Source: Zygophlyctis sp. KS116
Taxonomy: Eukaryota > Fungi > Chytridiomycota
Direction: 5' to 3'
Length of the DNA stretch: 32,000 nt
Assembly: GCA_054661495.1 (NCBI GenBank)
Contig: BAAFSQ010000062.1
Location: 1-32,000, forward strand
The position numbers and the translations under genes were made by a program. Positions 1 through 12,042 of this stretch are shown one piece after another; positions within the stretch are counted from its first letter, which is position 1, and every line of letters starts with the position of its first letter. The notes beneath the pieces are model-generated. The model saw nothing but the letters and a program-made list of their open reading frames with translations. It made no database searches and was not told the DNA's origin.

Positions 1-260
1 ATTGATAGAGAAATCTGGAGAACTCTTTGCCATGCTACTGTCAGTTGTGGCAGATGAAACTCCACTTTCAGTCGTATAAGATGATGAAGTAACTGAACTT
101 GATAGTTCAATAGCGGGTTGCGAGATAGCCACTGTTGTGGTTGTTGTAACAGTCAAAGTAGAAGGAACTGTCGTAGCTGTCGTCGTCGCCCCAGACCAAT
201 GTAAGTAGCGGCCCTGAAACTCGGCACTGACGCAAACTTTTGGAAAAACAGAATGATCGC
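1..260 (-). CDS. Partial Ser/Thr-rich (mucin-like, probably secreted or surface) protein running off the window start; 5' end unresolved
   Basis: Minus-strand frame open from about 260 to 1: ...CVSAEFQGRYLHWSGATTTATTVPSTLTVTTTTTVAISQPAIELSSSVTSSSYTTESGVSSATTDSSMAKSSPDFSIN, with runs of ACN/TCN codons. No in-frame ATG precedes the S/T tract. Confidence 0.5.
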
Positions 261-3200
261 AAGTTCATTAATGCCAATTAAGCTGGAAGAAAAGACATTT
301 AACATATCCACCACAGATAATAGTGACCCAACGAGTCTCGGCTGGACGCTGTTTAATTCCCTGGTGAAATATAAGAAAACTCTCCAAGTGTTTTTACAAG
401 ACAAAATTCTGAATTTGGAGATAGGATCTCTGATTCCATCTCCTTCTCTTCTCATGGATCTGAATTATAATTATCATTTAATTTTTGTGTGTCAGCAAAG
501 GTTTTATCGGGTCGTGTTTGACTCTCAAATAATTAATCTTGAATTATTTACTTATGATATTCAGTTAGAAAATATTGAAACTGTGCATGTGCTGGATCTA
601 GACTCTGTGGTTTTAGCTTCTTCTACAGGGAAAATTATTCTCTTATCTTGTCCTTTTAGCGGTGATTATGTGGAAGAAGAAGTTTATAATTTTAAAATTC
701 TGGATTATCTCTTGCCAAAACAGAGTCCTGGGATATTAGGGGCAATGGCTTCGATTTGTTGGAAGGAAAATATGATTTTGATTGGATTGGAAAAAGAAGG
801 AAGATTAAGGTTTTGGAATTTGAATAGGAATACAGTCTTGAAAAGTGTTTCAGTTTCTCAAACAAGGTTCAGTGGGAGCTTTTTTCATAAATATTTACAA
901 TTATTTGATTTATCTAAAAATAATGATAGTTTTGATGGGGATTCGGCAGAATTTAAATTAGTAGTATTTTATGGAAATTTTTATATATATTCTGCAAGTG
1001 TATCTAATGCAGGGGAAATTAAGAATTTGTCGCTGGAAATGACTATTGATCTTTCTCAAAGTAATTTTCTTTTCTAAAAATGTAGATTCTGAGGATTATC
1101 ATGATGAAGAATTGGTGGATTTTTCTGTTGTACATGAACAAGATGAAGAAAATAGAGATTTATGGATGCTTTGGACTTTATGGAATAGATCAAAAGTTCC
1201 AGTTATACGCACTTTTGCAATTTCTCCAGGCGTTGCTAATCCTTTTGGGACTTCTCAAAGATGGACGACATCCTTATCCAATAAGTATTGGAAAGAGCCT
1301 TTGACTCTAACTACTCTTAAAACAGAAAAGTCTTTTGAAGAACAGGCACTGGATTATATATTTGAGGCTGGTAGGTTCTCTTTTGAAACAGTTTCAAAAG
1401 CATTGGCCTATTCTTTGTCTGAAATTACAAGTCAAGTTAACACATGGAAAGATTTGAGAAAATTGGCTACAGAGTCGTTTAAACCAAATGTCGATATGGC
1501 TCTTGACTCTCCTACAAAATCTTTTGTGTCTAGCCCTCTTTCACCAGAATTTTCATTATTTTTAAATACTTGTTATCAGTATGGGCTACAAGAGTCTATT
1601 CCGACATGTTTACATTTTAATGATGAAATGAAAATGGTTGTAGGGCGTTCCAATCAGAGCATAATTAGGTTTTGTGATCCGTCAGAGGCTATTCTCCTTG
1701 ATTCACCTCTACTTTTCATGGCATCGGAAGAGATGTTGCTGTCCTGGGGATGGTGTGAAGATGTTTCAAGAAAAAGTGTTCGCTCTGATATTCTGCATTT
1801 TAATAAAATATCACGACTGTTGGAGGAAAATGTTTCAAAGGAGCTTTTGGTTAGCTTGGATCGATATCAAGTTGACTTTACGCTAGAGCTACTGCAGAAA
1901 GGTTTATCAGATGCTATTGTCGAGTTGAGAGAAACGTATTTGCAAGAATTTTGCCAGTCTGAGGCATTAAGAATATCTTCAAGTTATTTTTCCTGTATTG
2001 AAAACTTTGAATTTTTGTTCAAGGTTTTACTAAACGTTGTGGCTGAAGGTGGTCTTGAAACTTTAAAACCTCAACATAATAGCTCTTCAACAGAGACATC
2101 TTCATTTTATAATGTAGTTGCTTATGCTTCATTAGATTTGGTTTCCACTCGACATATTCTTTGTCGAAACTTATTCTTAGTACTTTTACTTGGATCGCAA
2201 CTAAAACTAGCTCCTGGGCCGAGTGTAATTTATTCCTTGATCAAAGAGGTTATTATTGTTTTCCACTGCTTGTCAGGCATCAAGAGAATATCCGAAAAAC
2301 ATGTTGAAACCCAGACAGGAACTGTATTCGGGAAGGCTGATGTGATTACTATCGATGATCCCGAGCGTGTTGATTTTTCTTTATTCGAACATTTGATTCG
2401 ACACCACTATATGGTCACCTTAAAATCGGGGGAAGCTTTAGATTCCAAGTCTGTTACAAATCTTGCTTCATCATTTATAAAATCTTTAGGATTAATTCAA
2501 AGAGGGAAAGTCCTAATTACATCTGAAGCAGTCCTAGTATTCGCCAACAAAATGATTGCATTTGGCATGCATGATATCGCGATTTCCTTGCTTGATTTAT
2601 TCCCTGATAGTCATGCATCTTGTTTCCTGAAAGGAAAAGTTTGGATGGAGTTGAACAATCATGAAAAGGCAAAATGCTTCTTTGAAAAAGCAAGCTCAGG
2701 AGTTGGTAGGATTATTATTATAGCTAAAATTTTAGTAAATTCAACCGGTAGCTCTGATCTTTCGATTGTTCTCTCATCTGATACTATTAAGAACGGTATA
2801 GTTGCATATGCTCAGACTGTCCTTGAATTTTTCACAGAAAAGCAAGTCCCAGAAATGGTTATTCACTTTGCCAAAATGGCATTGGATTGTGCCCCTATCG
2901 ATGTGGATCATAATCAAATACAGATGCTAAAGCGAGCTATTTTCAACCAGAATCTGGAAATCAAAGGATTTGATGAAGCATACGCCGCGTTAATTACCAT
3001 ATCAGATAAAGAAAGGTATTTTTCGTTTCTAAATACAGTCGAATGGATTGTCTTCGTCGATTTGTAAGCTGCTTGTGTGATAGTGGAGATTACGATGGTA
3101 TAGTCCGCAGATACCCTTTTGTCAATATGAGTACCGAAGTAGAAAAAACACTAGAATTTAAGGCTAGAACTGAACCAGTTAATTCATTTTTAAAAGACCT

Positions 3201-4405
3201 CAACAAAACTAATTATTTCAAGATTTTATATAGATATCACAGTTATCGAAAAAACTTTAGGAAAGGTAATTTTTTTAAATTTTATATTATTAGCTAGCAT
3301 GGTTATGTTCCAATACGGGAAGAGATTATCTAGCCTCAATCCTATGACTATAGCAGATTTATCACAGGCTCATATTATTGTATCTGAACAAGCACAAGCT
3401 TATTTAGTTTCTTTGAGCACTTTAAGATTGCTTGAATTGCCAAACGCATGGTTTTCTTACTCTATTGGGATTGAAGAAGCCGAAGCTTCTCTACAGGTAT
3501 TTAATTAGCTCTAAATATAGATTCATTCCAAGCAGGAAATTAACATGTCTCTAACAAAGGAACTTCTCAAATATGGTAAGTAGCTTAAAATACTCAATTA
3601 TTCTAGAATCTAATCCTTCTGGTGCTTACGCTGATATCATTACTCCTGAAACTATTGAAAGAGAATATAGGATTGTTTTGTCTAGCTTAAATGATAATTC
3701 AAAACTGAATCAATCAGTAGCACCAATTAATCCATATTCTATGTTTATTTCCTTTATAAATGCTGAAAAATACAGGAGTGCAATAAAAATCGGAAAATGC
3801 TTTGATTTGGACTTGTGCCGAGTATTTTCTGCAATAGCTGAAAAATGTGTCCGTTTATACAAGTCGTAAGTACGATTCTCTAATTTAACTTAGTTCCTTT
3901 TTTCAACATGAAGTTTTTCTATCTGAAGATATATCACCTCTGTGGGAAGGAAGTCCTTTTGAAAAATGCTGGAGACTTTTAAGAATGTTGCTAGAAGAAT
4001 ATTCCAATCCTCTGTTTTACAATGCTTCAATCAACAGAATTTTCGAAATTGACTCTGATCTCACTCTTCCCGCATGGCTAGTTAATTACTATCTGGTAAA
4101 ATATTTTTTTTTAATTTTAGTTCAACAACCCAGATGATTTCTTCCGTATTTCCATTAAACATGGAGCCTGGGAATCTATTCAAAGCTTTTTCCCTATATT
4201 CCTCAATATTCAGTATATGAATATATCACGTACAATTATTCCAAAACCTCTTGGACGATGGATGCCATGCACTTGGATAGATCAAATCTTTATTCAACTG
4301 CAGAAAGACCCAGAGAATTCCGAGAAGCTACATCAACTGAAAGGGATCTGGAGAAAATATTTACTAAAGATCAAGGATGAATCATTGTCTATAATAAAAC
4401 AGTAA
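253..4405 (+). CDS. NUP160: Nucleoporin Nup160/Nup120 family (Y-complex), about 1310 aa, 8 introns
   Basis: ORF fragments join through GT-AG introns 1061-1085, 2706-2735, 3016-3038, 3266-3293, 3497-3520, 3576-3606, 3866-3893 and 4096-4120. The spliced C-terminal half has Nup160-like segments (FDEAYAALITISDKESRMDCLRRFVSCLCD; VEKTLEFKART; NYFKILYRYHSYRKNFRKASMVMFQYGKRL; QAQAYLVSLSTL; WMPCTWIDQ). Start codon uncertain. Confidence 0.85.
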
Positions 4406-4453
4406 GATTACGGCGCAATTTGAATTTTTCACGTAAATCTCAAGGAAACCGAA

Positions 4454-5408
4454 ATGGATCGTCCGACGCTCTACGCTTCAAAGCCAATTTCCCTCCTGGA
4501 GCCTCAAAACTATAATATTAACCTGTTAACACTCCCCGAAGACATGCATTTAGAAGAAACAGTAGCTGATATTAGCTTACTTTTCTCGCAAGATGAATTA
4601 AATCGAGAGCCATGGCTACCTGCATACATTCGTGAAATTATCTCTAGATGGGGAAGATGGACGCTAAGAGGCAGAGCACCGTCACTATGTTTTGAAGCTG
4701 CGTGGTAATTTAACTCTATTGACAAAAGTGTTGGCGGTCAACGTTTCTTAGAAAGGAGACAATTATCAGCAAATGAATTCTCGTCAAAAGTAGATGCGGC
4801 ATTAGCTCTTGCATTGGCTGGAATGATTGTAGATGCTGTCGAGCCAGACGCCGTAATCTTAATTTGTAATTTATATGTAGGTAGATGGACCAATACGAAA
4901 TAAAGCTATTCAAATTGTCGCAGATGAATTTTTAGCAAAAGCAGCTACACCTCAAGTATCAGTTCCAGCTCAAAGGAGAATGAAGGCTAGAAAAACAATA
5001 TTCGTACTAGAAGAGGATAATAGTCCTAAAAATTCAGAATCTACAGCAGATTTTGAATCTGCAAAAGATAATTCTTCTGATGATGGATCATTTTCACCAT
5101 TTGCACCTTCATCAAAGATTTTACAATCCACGAATCGAAGAACTTATCGAAGTCCGTCTTTGCCAAACAATTCTAATTCAATTAAACCCGAAGATATTGA
5201 TAAGATAATGTTGGGATCATCATCGGCAAGACAAAGATCAAGCTCTGCAAGTGGGCAGAGCGAGTCAATGGGCAGTAGAGAAAAAAGACCATCAGTTTCA
5301 ACACCTAAATTTTCGGACATTCTAGATTCTGTTTTAAATGAAGTTGAATCATATTTATATAATTTATCAGACAAGGTAGAAGATGAACCAGATAATAAAA
5401 AGTCTTAA
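4454..5408 (+). CDS. Hypothetical protein, about 300 aa: putative folded N-terminal domain plus Ser-rich disordered C-terminus
   Basis: ORF 4454-4708 joins ORF 4980-5408 in frame through introns 4705-4728 (24 nt) and 4853-4880 (28 nt). Middle exon CVGGQRFLERRQLSANEFSSKVDAALALALAGMIVDAVEPDA is stop-free. Family not recognised. Confidence 0.7.
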
Positions 5409-5460
5409 GTATTGATCTGAATATTCTGTAGAGTTAGGTTCCGCAACAATTAATCTAATC

Positions 5461-8400
5461 ATGCAATCGAGGAATGATTTCTCAAACTCATTGTTAAATA
5501 AGACTGGGATCGAACGGCTAGATATTTTAAAGGTATTGTATTGGACTAAAGCCAGGATTATCATTTAAAGTTGTCCAAGTGCGATCAGGAAAGCGTAAAC
5601 TTGAATTTCATTGAAAACCTGAAAAATGAGTTAATTTCCCCACCGCTGCTTGCAGCAAAGGACAAATCTATTAAATTGCTGGTGGGTTGTTGTTTAGCTG
5701 ATATTCTGCGCTTGTATTGTTTTATTATTCACCGTTAGGTATGCGCCGAATGCACCGTTTAACCAGATGCAATTGCACGATATATTTGATTTCTTTATTA
5801 AACAATTGGTTCACTTATCACATCCAACGTCGCCATATTTTGCGAATGCATTTTATTTGTTGGAATCATTATCTACGATAAAAACAGTTGTTCTCCTCGC
5901 TGATATTGAAGCTGAAGATTTAATTATTGGTTTCTTTAAAATGTTTTTCGGCATGATCACTGTAGAGATGTCTAAAAATGTTTACTTGTGTATGTTGGAT
6001 ATACTGGTTGCATTAGTAGAAGAAGTTGCAACATTTCCTAAAACTGCTTTGGATATTCTTCTCAATCAATTCAAAAAAAAGCGTCAGGTATATTTCAGTT
6101 TTTTCTAAATATCAAGTCTGAATCTCCTGCTGCTTTACAGTTGGCAACAGACGTTTGTGTGAACGCTAGTGATAAGTTACAGAGGGTCGTGTGTCAGGTG
6201 AGACAAGTAATGCGAAAGCTTATATACAGTACTTTAGTCAAGTTATAATTGAAACCGGACAAGATCTAAATCAAGATTCTGATCTAACAGAGTTTCAAAA
6301 TGCTCATGCACTATTACTTGAAATTAACAAGTTTGCTCCAAGCATCTTATTAAGCGTTATACCTCAACTAGAAGAAGAAATGAAGGTAGATTATAATTCT
6401 TTCTTAATTTATTAAAGGTGGATTTATTTGAAATAAGAGCAATTGCCACAAGTGTTTTGGGTGAAATGTTTTCATCCCCAGAATCAAATTTATTCACGGC
6501 TTATGACAAGATATGGTCGTCTTGGTTGGAGCGGTATTTTATATTTTCATTAATTAAAAGGCGGCATGATAAAAATATTGAAATTAGGCTAAATTGGATC
6601 GAATATTGTTACCCTCTAATAAAGAACCATCCTAGTGTTGCTCATGATGTAGCCGGTAAATTTTTCAAACTTATGGCTAGAGGCTTTACAGCAAAAATTC
6701 TTGGATCCAGAGGAGCGGGTTCGTACTTGTGCGATAAAAGCATTTGATGAATTTGATATGGAGACATTGAGCTCCATATCTATGGCTTGTTTGAAAGATC
6801 TTGCACAGCGTTGCCGCGATAAAAAGGTATGCCAGGTTTCCGATAATAGTTAGGTGGGACCAAGAATGGCAGCTTTAGCTACTCTCGGTCGTATCTTTAA
6901 AAACTCTGCTAAATCATTGTATGTAAACTTTTGCTGATCAAAGATTGAATGATGATGATAATAATCTAGATGAGCGTTATAAATGGATTCCCGGGAGCTT
7001 GTTGGATACATTATATGTTGACGATCCAGAGATATTGTAATCAAACAAATTAATTAATTTGGAGAATTGAAATAGAAAGAATTATGGCCGAGTATATTTT
7101 CCCAGTAATCGCTGATGATGAAAAGCGAACAAAAAGGCTAGCAGCTGTTTATGCAACATTAAATACAAAACAGCGCTCTGCTCTTAAAAGCATTTTGGAG
7201 AGACAAAGTAATTCGATCAAAAATATGAAGCTATTTTTGGAGTATTGTGATAAGTACAATGTATTTTCTATTCCATTTATGTATAGGGGGGGATTATGGA
7301 TCAAGATGAAGACGTTACCAAACATGTAATTCAACAAATAATTACACATATCTGTCGTAAGTTATTGGCTTTTATTATTTATAATCTTTAGAGCGTATGC
7401 CTGACGCCAAAAAATCTCAACAACACTTATGGAGATTTGCAGAAATAAATGATCGCTCTATCTACAAGCTCTTGATAAATATGATGGATACTTCCGCAGA
7501 TTATTTGTACATACTTAAACATTATGTATGTATATATAGCATTAATTGACCAGAAGGAGATTAAAAAACGGCTATCAGAATATTCTGGTCTGGGAACCAC
7601 TTGGGATATATTTCTTGGGAGGGTATGTATCACAATTGTATCGAAAAATGTCATTCCATATTTGTTGAAATACGTCTCTAAATTGCGCTCCTCAACAAAC
7701 GCCGATGATATTCTGTATGGAAACGCAGCAGAGCTAATTATTAATGTAATCAATATCTGGTTTATTATAGGATATCTGTATGGCCATACCAGGAATGTAT
7801 AAATCACACTCTAAGAAACTAATTTCAATCATAAACGAAGGGCATGAAGAAAGCAGTAAGTTTAATATATATTTAATTAATTATAGTTTCTGATTCATTA
7901 GAAGCTTTAGCACAGTTGACTCACGCATTCCCTGAAGAATCTCCAAAGGACATGTATTACTAGATATTTTTATCTAACATTTTAGTAACATTTTACGCAA
8001 AATTAAGAATTTTTGCTACAAGGGGACCATACGGCAGGCACGAAATGCAGCCCGGATATTAATATTTTCTCAAGAGTTGGATGAATGCAAACGGTTTATA
8101 AAAGTGATTTATTATTGATCTTAAGTCTAGGAAATTGTTTCTAGTATTTCTGGAGATATTAGTAGCTTAGTGTCTCGTTTTTCTGCTCTAAACCAGTTTG
8201 TCAAATTTATATATGTGGAGTGCGAGCCGTATATGTTGGAAATAACAAATTCGTTGTTTGAAATTCTAAGGAGAAATGAAGAAACATCTTCTTCGCATGA
8301 GCAAACAGACTGGACTAACCTCCAGGAACTTTCTCCAGAAGGGAAGGTAAAAGTATTGTGCCTTAAGATCCTTTCAAATGCAGTATTGGGAGCAAACTCA

Positions 8401-9541
8401 ACTAGCCCTTTGTTCTACTCATTCTTGCAGCTCTTTGATAAAATAGTTGATGTAGATGCTGAAAATGCAGAGGAAGATTCAACACCGTAACTTTTATTTA
8501 GTAACGTAAGATCGGACATCAAATCTAATCTTCGACTTTGTATTGCCAAAAGTGTCTTAAAAATTGCTTCCAAGGAAGAACTGTCCAAATGGATACCGCC
8601 ATTAGATATAGTAAAGCTGTCTTTAATTATACAGGTATGCTGTTGTTTTATTAATTTTAAAAATAGGATCCGATTTATCAAGTGCGACAAAAATTCACCT
8701 CAAATCTCTGCAAATTGATTCAATTACGCCAGCTTCCTATTTCTTTTATAGCATTGCTTCCTATTGTTGCACATGACCCAGAATCAGATTTAAAGGCGAT
8801 GGTCACCAGATTTATAACTAGGCTCGTGAATCAACAAAAATACGGTATTTATCGAATCTCTTTACTTTACGTAGGAGAAGATGAAGATTACTTAGTAGTA
8901 GAGCAATCGTTTGTAAGACTTTTATATATTCTTGGCCATCATCCAGATTTCACGGATGAGATTGAAGACCTTAATATGTTTATGGTGTAAGTCTAAAGCA
9001 AATTAAAATTAGTTACATAGATTTTTACCTCAAAGCTGTTGCTACACCTCATAACGTCTCATACCTGTATTTCATATCTGGCAAAATAAAGATGAGCAAG
9101 GATGCAAACTATGAAACATCTACTGTAAATTTAACTAGTACAATAATACCCCAGAACCTGTATATGTTGAGTGAGCTAGCACAATACGTGATTCAAGATT
9201 TCTGCACTTCACGTGGTTGGATGCTTGCTGCATTTGAAGGTAATACAAAACTTCCAAAAGACCTTTTTCTTCTTGATAAAGAAGGAGACTTGAACATTAC
9301 GTATCTACCAGATAAGTGGCTAAAGTGCCGATCAAATGAATCTACACATAAAACCTCCAAAGAAATCTTGAAAGACTCTGAATTTCTTAATACTCCAGAA
9401 AAAGCCCATAAAGTGACTAAGAAGAGAAAGGCAAAAGTTGTTGCCAGTGTTGAAGATGCCATAGTAAGACGTAATGCCGATCGTAAAGCGAGAAATGTAG
9501 TAGTTCAAGATGACAAGAGCGATGTTGAAAATGAATTTTAA
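5461..9541 (+). CDS. PDS5: Sister chromatid cohesion protein Pds5 (HEAT repeats), about 22 introns
   Basis: Spliced translation gives Pds5 motifs: GCCLADILRLYAPNAPF (across intron 5714-5738), SPYFANAFYLLESL, APSILLSVIPQLEEEMK, KFLDPEERVR, YKWIPGSLL, GTIRQARNAARIL, SNLRLCIAKSVLKIA, VRLLYILGHHPDF, NLYMLSELAQ. Confidence 0.93.
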
Positions 9542-9573
9542 ATCAGGTAGTGGGTTTATAATAATAAATTTCC

Positions 9574-10351
9574 ATGATTGTTGCAAAGTCCGATCTAATT
9601 ATAGCACGACATTTCCACGATTCTATTGGAAAAATGACTGATCCAATCACTAACGATTGCTCTATCGTCCTCATGCAACTGAAAGCATTTGGTCAGACTA
9701 CTCCTGATGACGCTGAATGTTGTAATTTAAATGGAGTGACTTGCGATGGATCAAGTGTAGTAAAAATGTAATTTCCAAGTTTTAAGTTCACTTATCCTTA
9801 GCAACTGGCCTAATTCTGGCTTTTCTGGCCCAATTCTAGATGAAATCGGTTACATTAAGAATCTAACAAGTCTGTAAATTCATTCAATCTAAAATCAAGT
9901 GATCTGTCCAATAACCAACTCAATGGTAAAATTCCAAAATCGATCGGACAACTCTCAAACCTTTCAGAAATGTATTTTCAAATCATTAAATAATCAGGAA
10001 CTTGTCTGCAAACCACTTAGATCCATTGATACCGATAGAAATACAAAAAATGGAAAGATATTCAAACTTGTAACTTAAAAACTAATTTCTAGTATCTTTG
10101 ATCTGGAAACACCCTCCAACTCACCAGTAAAAACAAGTCCATACACACTTTCAATGATTTTCCTTGGAGTTTCAGCCTTATTTATTTTAGGAATCTTTTC
10201 TAGCGTCCTAATTCGTCGTTTCTTTACCAAACAAAAGAAATCCTCAAAACTAGAGATGGGAGACACTTTTAAAGACCGCCGAATAACTCTCAACAAATAC
10301 TATGGCTGGAACAATGAAAACACTCATGATCCATTTGTTGATATTGATTAA
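9574..10351 (+). CDS. Small single-pass membrane protein with a Cys cap and three plant-type 24-aa leucine-rich repeats
   Basis: Introns 9768-9801, 9874-9899, 9972-9997 and 10070-10092 give ...CCNLNGVTCDGSSVVKI-NWPNSGFSGPILDEIGYIKNLTSL-DLSNNQLNGKIPKSIGQLSNLSEM-NLSANHLDPLIPIEIQKMERYSNF-..., then a TM helix MIFLGVSALFILGIFSSVLI followed by basic RRFFTKQKK. Confidence 0.85.
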
Positions 10352-10397
10352 GTTTTTTTATTTGATTTAGTACAAATTCTGATGACTAAAAATAAAT

Positions 10398-10935
10398 TTA
10401 AATTACCGTCTTTCTCATAACTCTTAAAAATTCATCTTGATTAATTTCACCATCTCCATCCCGATCTGCTTCATCAATCATCTCTTGTAGCTCTTCGTCT
10501 GTTAAATTCTCTCCCAACTCTCTACAAACACGCTTCAAATTCTTAAAAGTGATTTTCCCAGTCTCATCATCATCAAAGAGACTAAAAGCTTTCAAGAGTT
10601 CTTCCTTAGGATCTTTTTCAGCCTATAATTTTAAACATGATAAATACCATTTTCTTGACCATGAGTTCCAAAAATTCAGAGAAATCCAGTCTATCCGAAT
10701 TCCCTTTATCTAAATCTGCAACCATCTTTTTTAATTCTTCTCTCTTTGGCTCAAATCCCAAGGCTCGCATTGCAACTTTAAGTTCCTTGACATCAATCGT
10801 CCCACTTCCGTCCAAATCAAACAAGTCAAATGCTTCTCTGATTTCCTGTTTCTGCTCAGACGACAGCTCTGAATTAGATTTCTTTGAGCTTCCTGACGAT
10901 GGACCTTTTTTAGAACGAAAAGCATTAGACATCAT
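10398..10935 (-). CDS. CETN2: Centrin (caltractin), CETN2/Chlamydomonas-type EF-hand protein
   Basis: [38 protein letters not shown] ... [51 protein letters not shown]; one 25-nt intron at 10623-10647. Confidence 0.95.
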
Positions 10936-10957
10936 TGTATTTACTATTTAGCGGAGA

Positions 10958-11782
10958 TTAAGAATTCACAAACTGATAAATTCTAGATAATAGACTAGAA
11001 AATGTTTTTGAAATTTCTACTAGTCCAGAATCTACGATATGTTCTCCATCTGAATTTCTTAAATTTAATACTTCTGAAACAATTATAGCGGCCAAGAATC
11101 CTTTAAGATTATTGTAAAATCCATCTTTTCCAAAAATAAATGTAGAAATAATTGGAATCCAAATAGGATGTATATGAATATCTCTAAACTTGAATTGTCT
11201 GTTACAATTCATAAAACTCCAAATCCATTTCATACTGGAATCTAGAATAGTATACAATGATACTGGATTTAGAAATAGAACTCTAGTTAAATCTGCTGAT
11301 GGCAAAATATTGTTTTGAAGGAATTCAGTTGCTGCATTAATCCAAGTAGGATTTACAAGAGATTTTGGTTTATAAAAAAGAAATTCTAAAGCCAATATTA
11401 CAATCCCAGAGATAATTTGAGCTTTTAGATAAGGATTTTTGACAAATCTAGATAAACACTTGTTGATCTTGTCTAGAATAGGATATCTAGCAGGAAATAA
11501 ATGATTTTTTTGAGTTGATAGACTAGATTCTAGAGAATAATTGAATGCTAGACCGATCGAAGAAGCTAGAGCCTCTCCTAGATTATCTCCAGTGATTAAA
11601 AAACAAGATAATCCTCTGTAAATTTGCCATTTAGGGGAAGCAATCAAATAAGGATGAAATTTCCAATAATCATTTCTAAACAAGGATAATCCTAATCCGA
11701 TTGCAATCTGATAAGTTGTGATTGGAGCGGATTTATAGAATTCTTTGGCTAAAGACTTGAGTTTTTCCTTTTCTTGTTCCAT
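10958..11782 (-). CDS. Multi-pass membrane protein, possibly a divergent Derlin (Der1/rhomboid pseudoprotease) family member
   Basis: Intronless 274-aa ORF with several hydrophobic segments. FYKSAPITT and KWQIYRGLSCFL resemble the Derlin N-terminal 'P.ITR' and 'QIWRL.T.F' motifs; IHPIWIPII resembles Derlin 'I.A.YLPW'. Confidence 0.55.
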   Translation of the reverse strand: MEQEKEKLKSLAKEFYKSAPITTYQIAIGLGLSLFRNDYWKFHPYLIASPKWQIYRGLSCFLITGDNLGEALASSIGLAFNYSLESSLSTQKNHLFPARYPILDKINKCLSRFVKNPYLKAQIISGIVILALEFLFYKPKSLVNPTWINAATEFLQNNILPSADLTRVLFLNPVSLYTILDSSMKWIWSFMNCNRQFKFRDIHIHPIWIPIISTFIFGKDGFYNNLKGFLAAIIVSEVLNLRNSDGEHIVDSGLVEISKTFSSLLSRIYQFVNS

Positions 11783-12042
11783 TTCTAAAGAGTTTCGGCG
11801 TCAAATGTGGCGTCAATTTTCAACATTTCAATTGAGAGATTCTTCTTCTTCTTGAGAGTTTTAGATCTCTAGCGACTTGCAGTCTTGAAGATTATAAATA
11901 AATATTTCTACTTTAAGATTAAGGAATCATTACGGTTTCGCCACTCTGATCAAGGTACCTGATTGAGTTGGGACCAGTTTCATTCAGGCCCCTCGCCCGG
12001 ACAACTGATTGGCCGCTGTTTCTCCTACTTTGAAAAAAAAGA

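Noticed and set aside
4411-4424. GGCGCAATTTGAA as a CDE/CHR or E2F site (also TTTGCGCC at about 26466)
   Set aside because: Spacing and consensus match are imperfect, and such short motifs are expected by chance.
253-9541. Fragmented ORFs suggesting pseudogenes, frameshifts or an alternative genetic code
   Set aside because: Every break is bridged by a short GT-AG intron in the correct phase, and the 1628-aa Pol2 ORF translates normally with the standard code.
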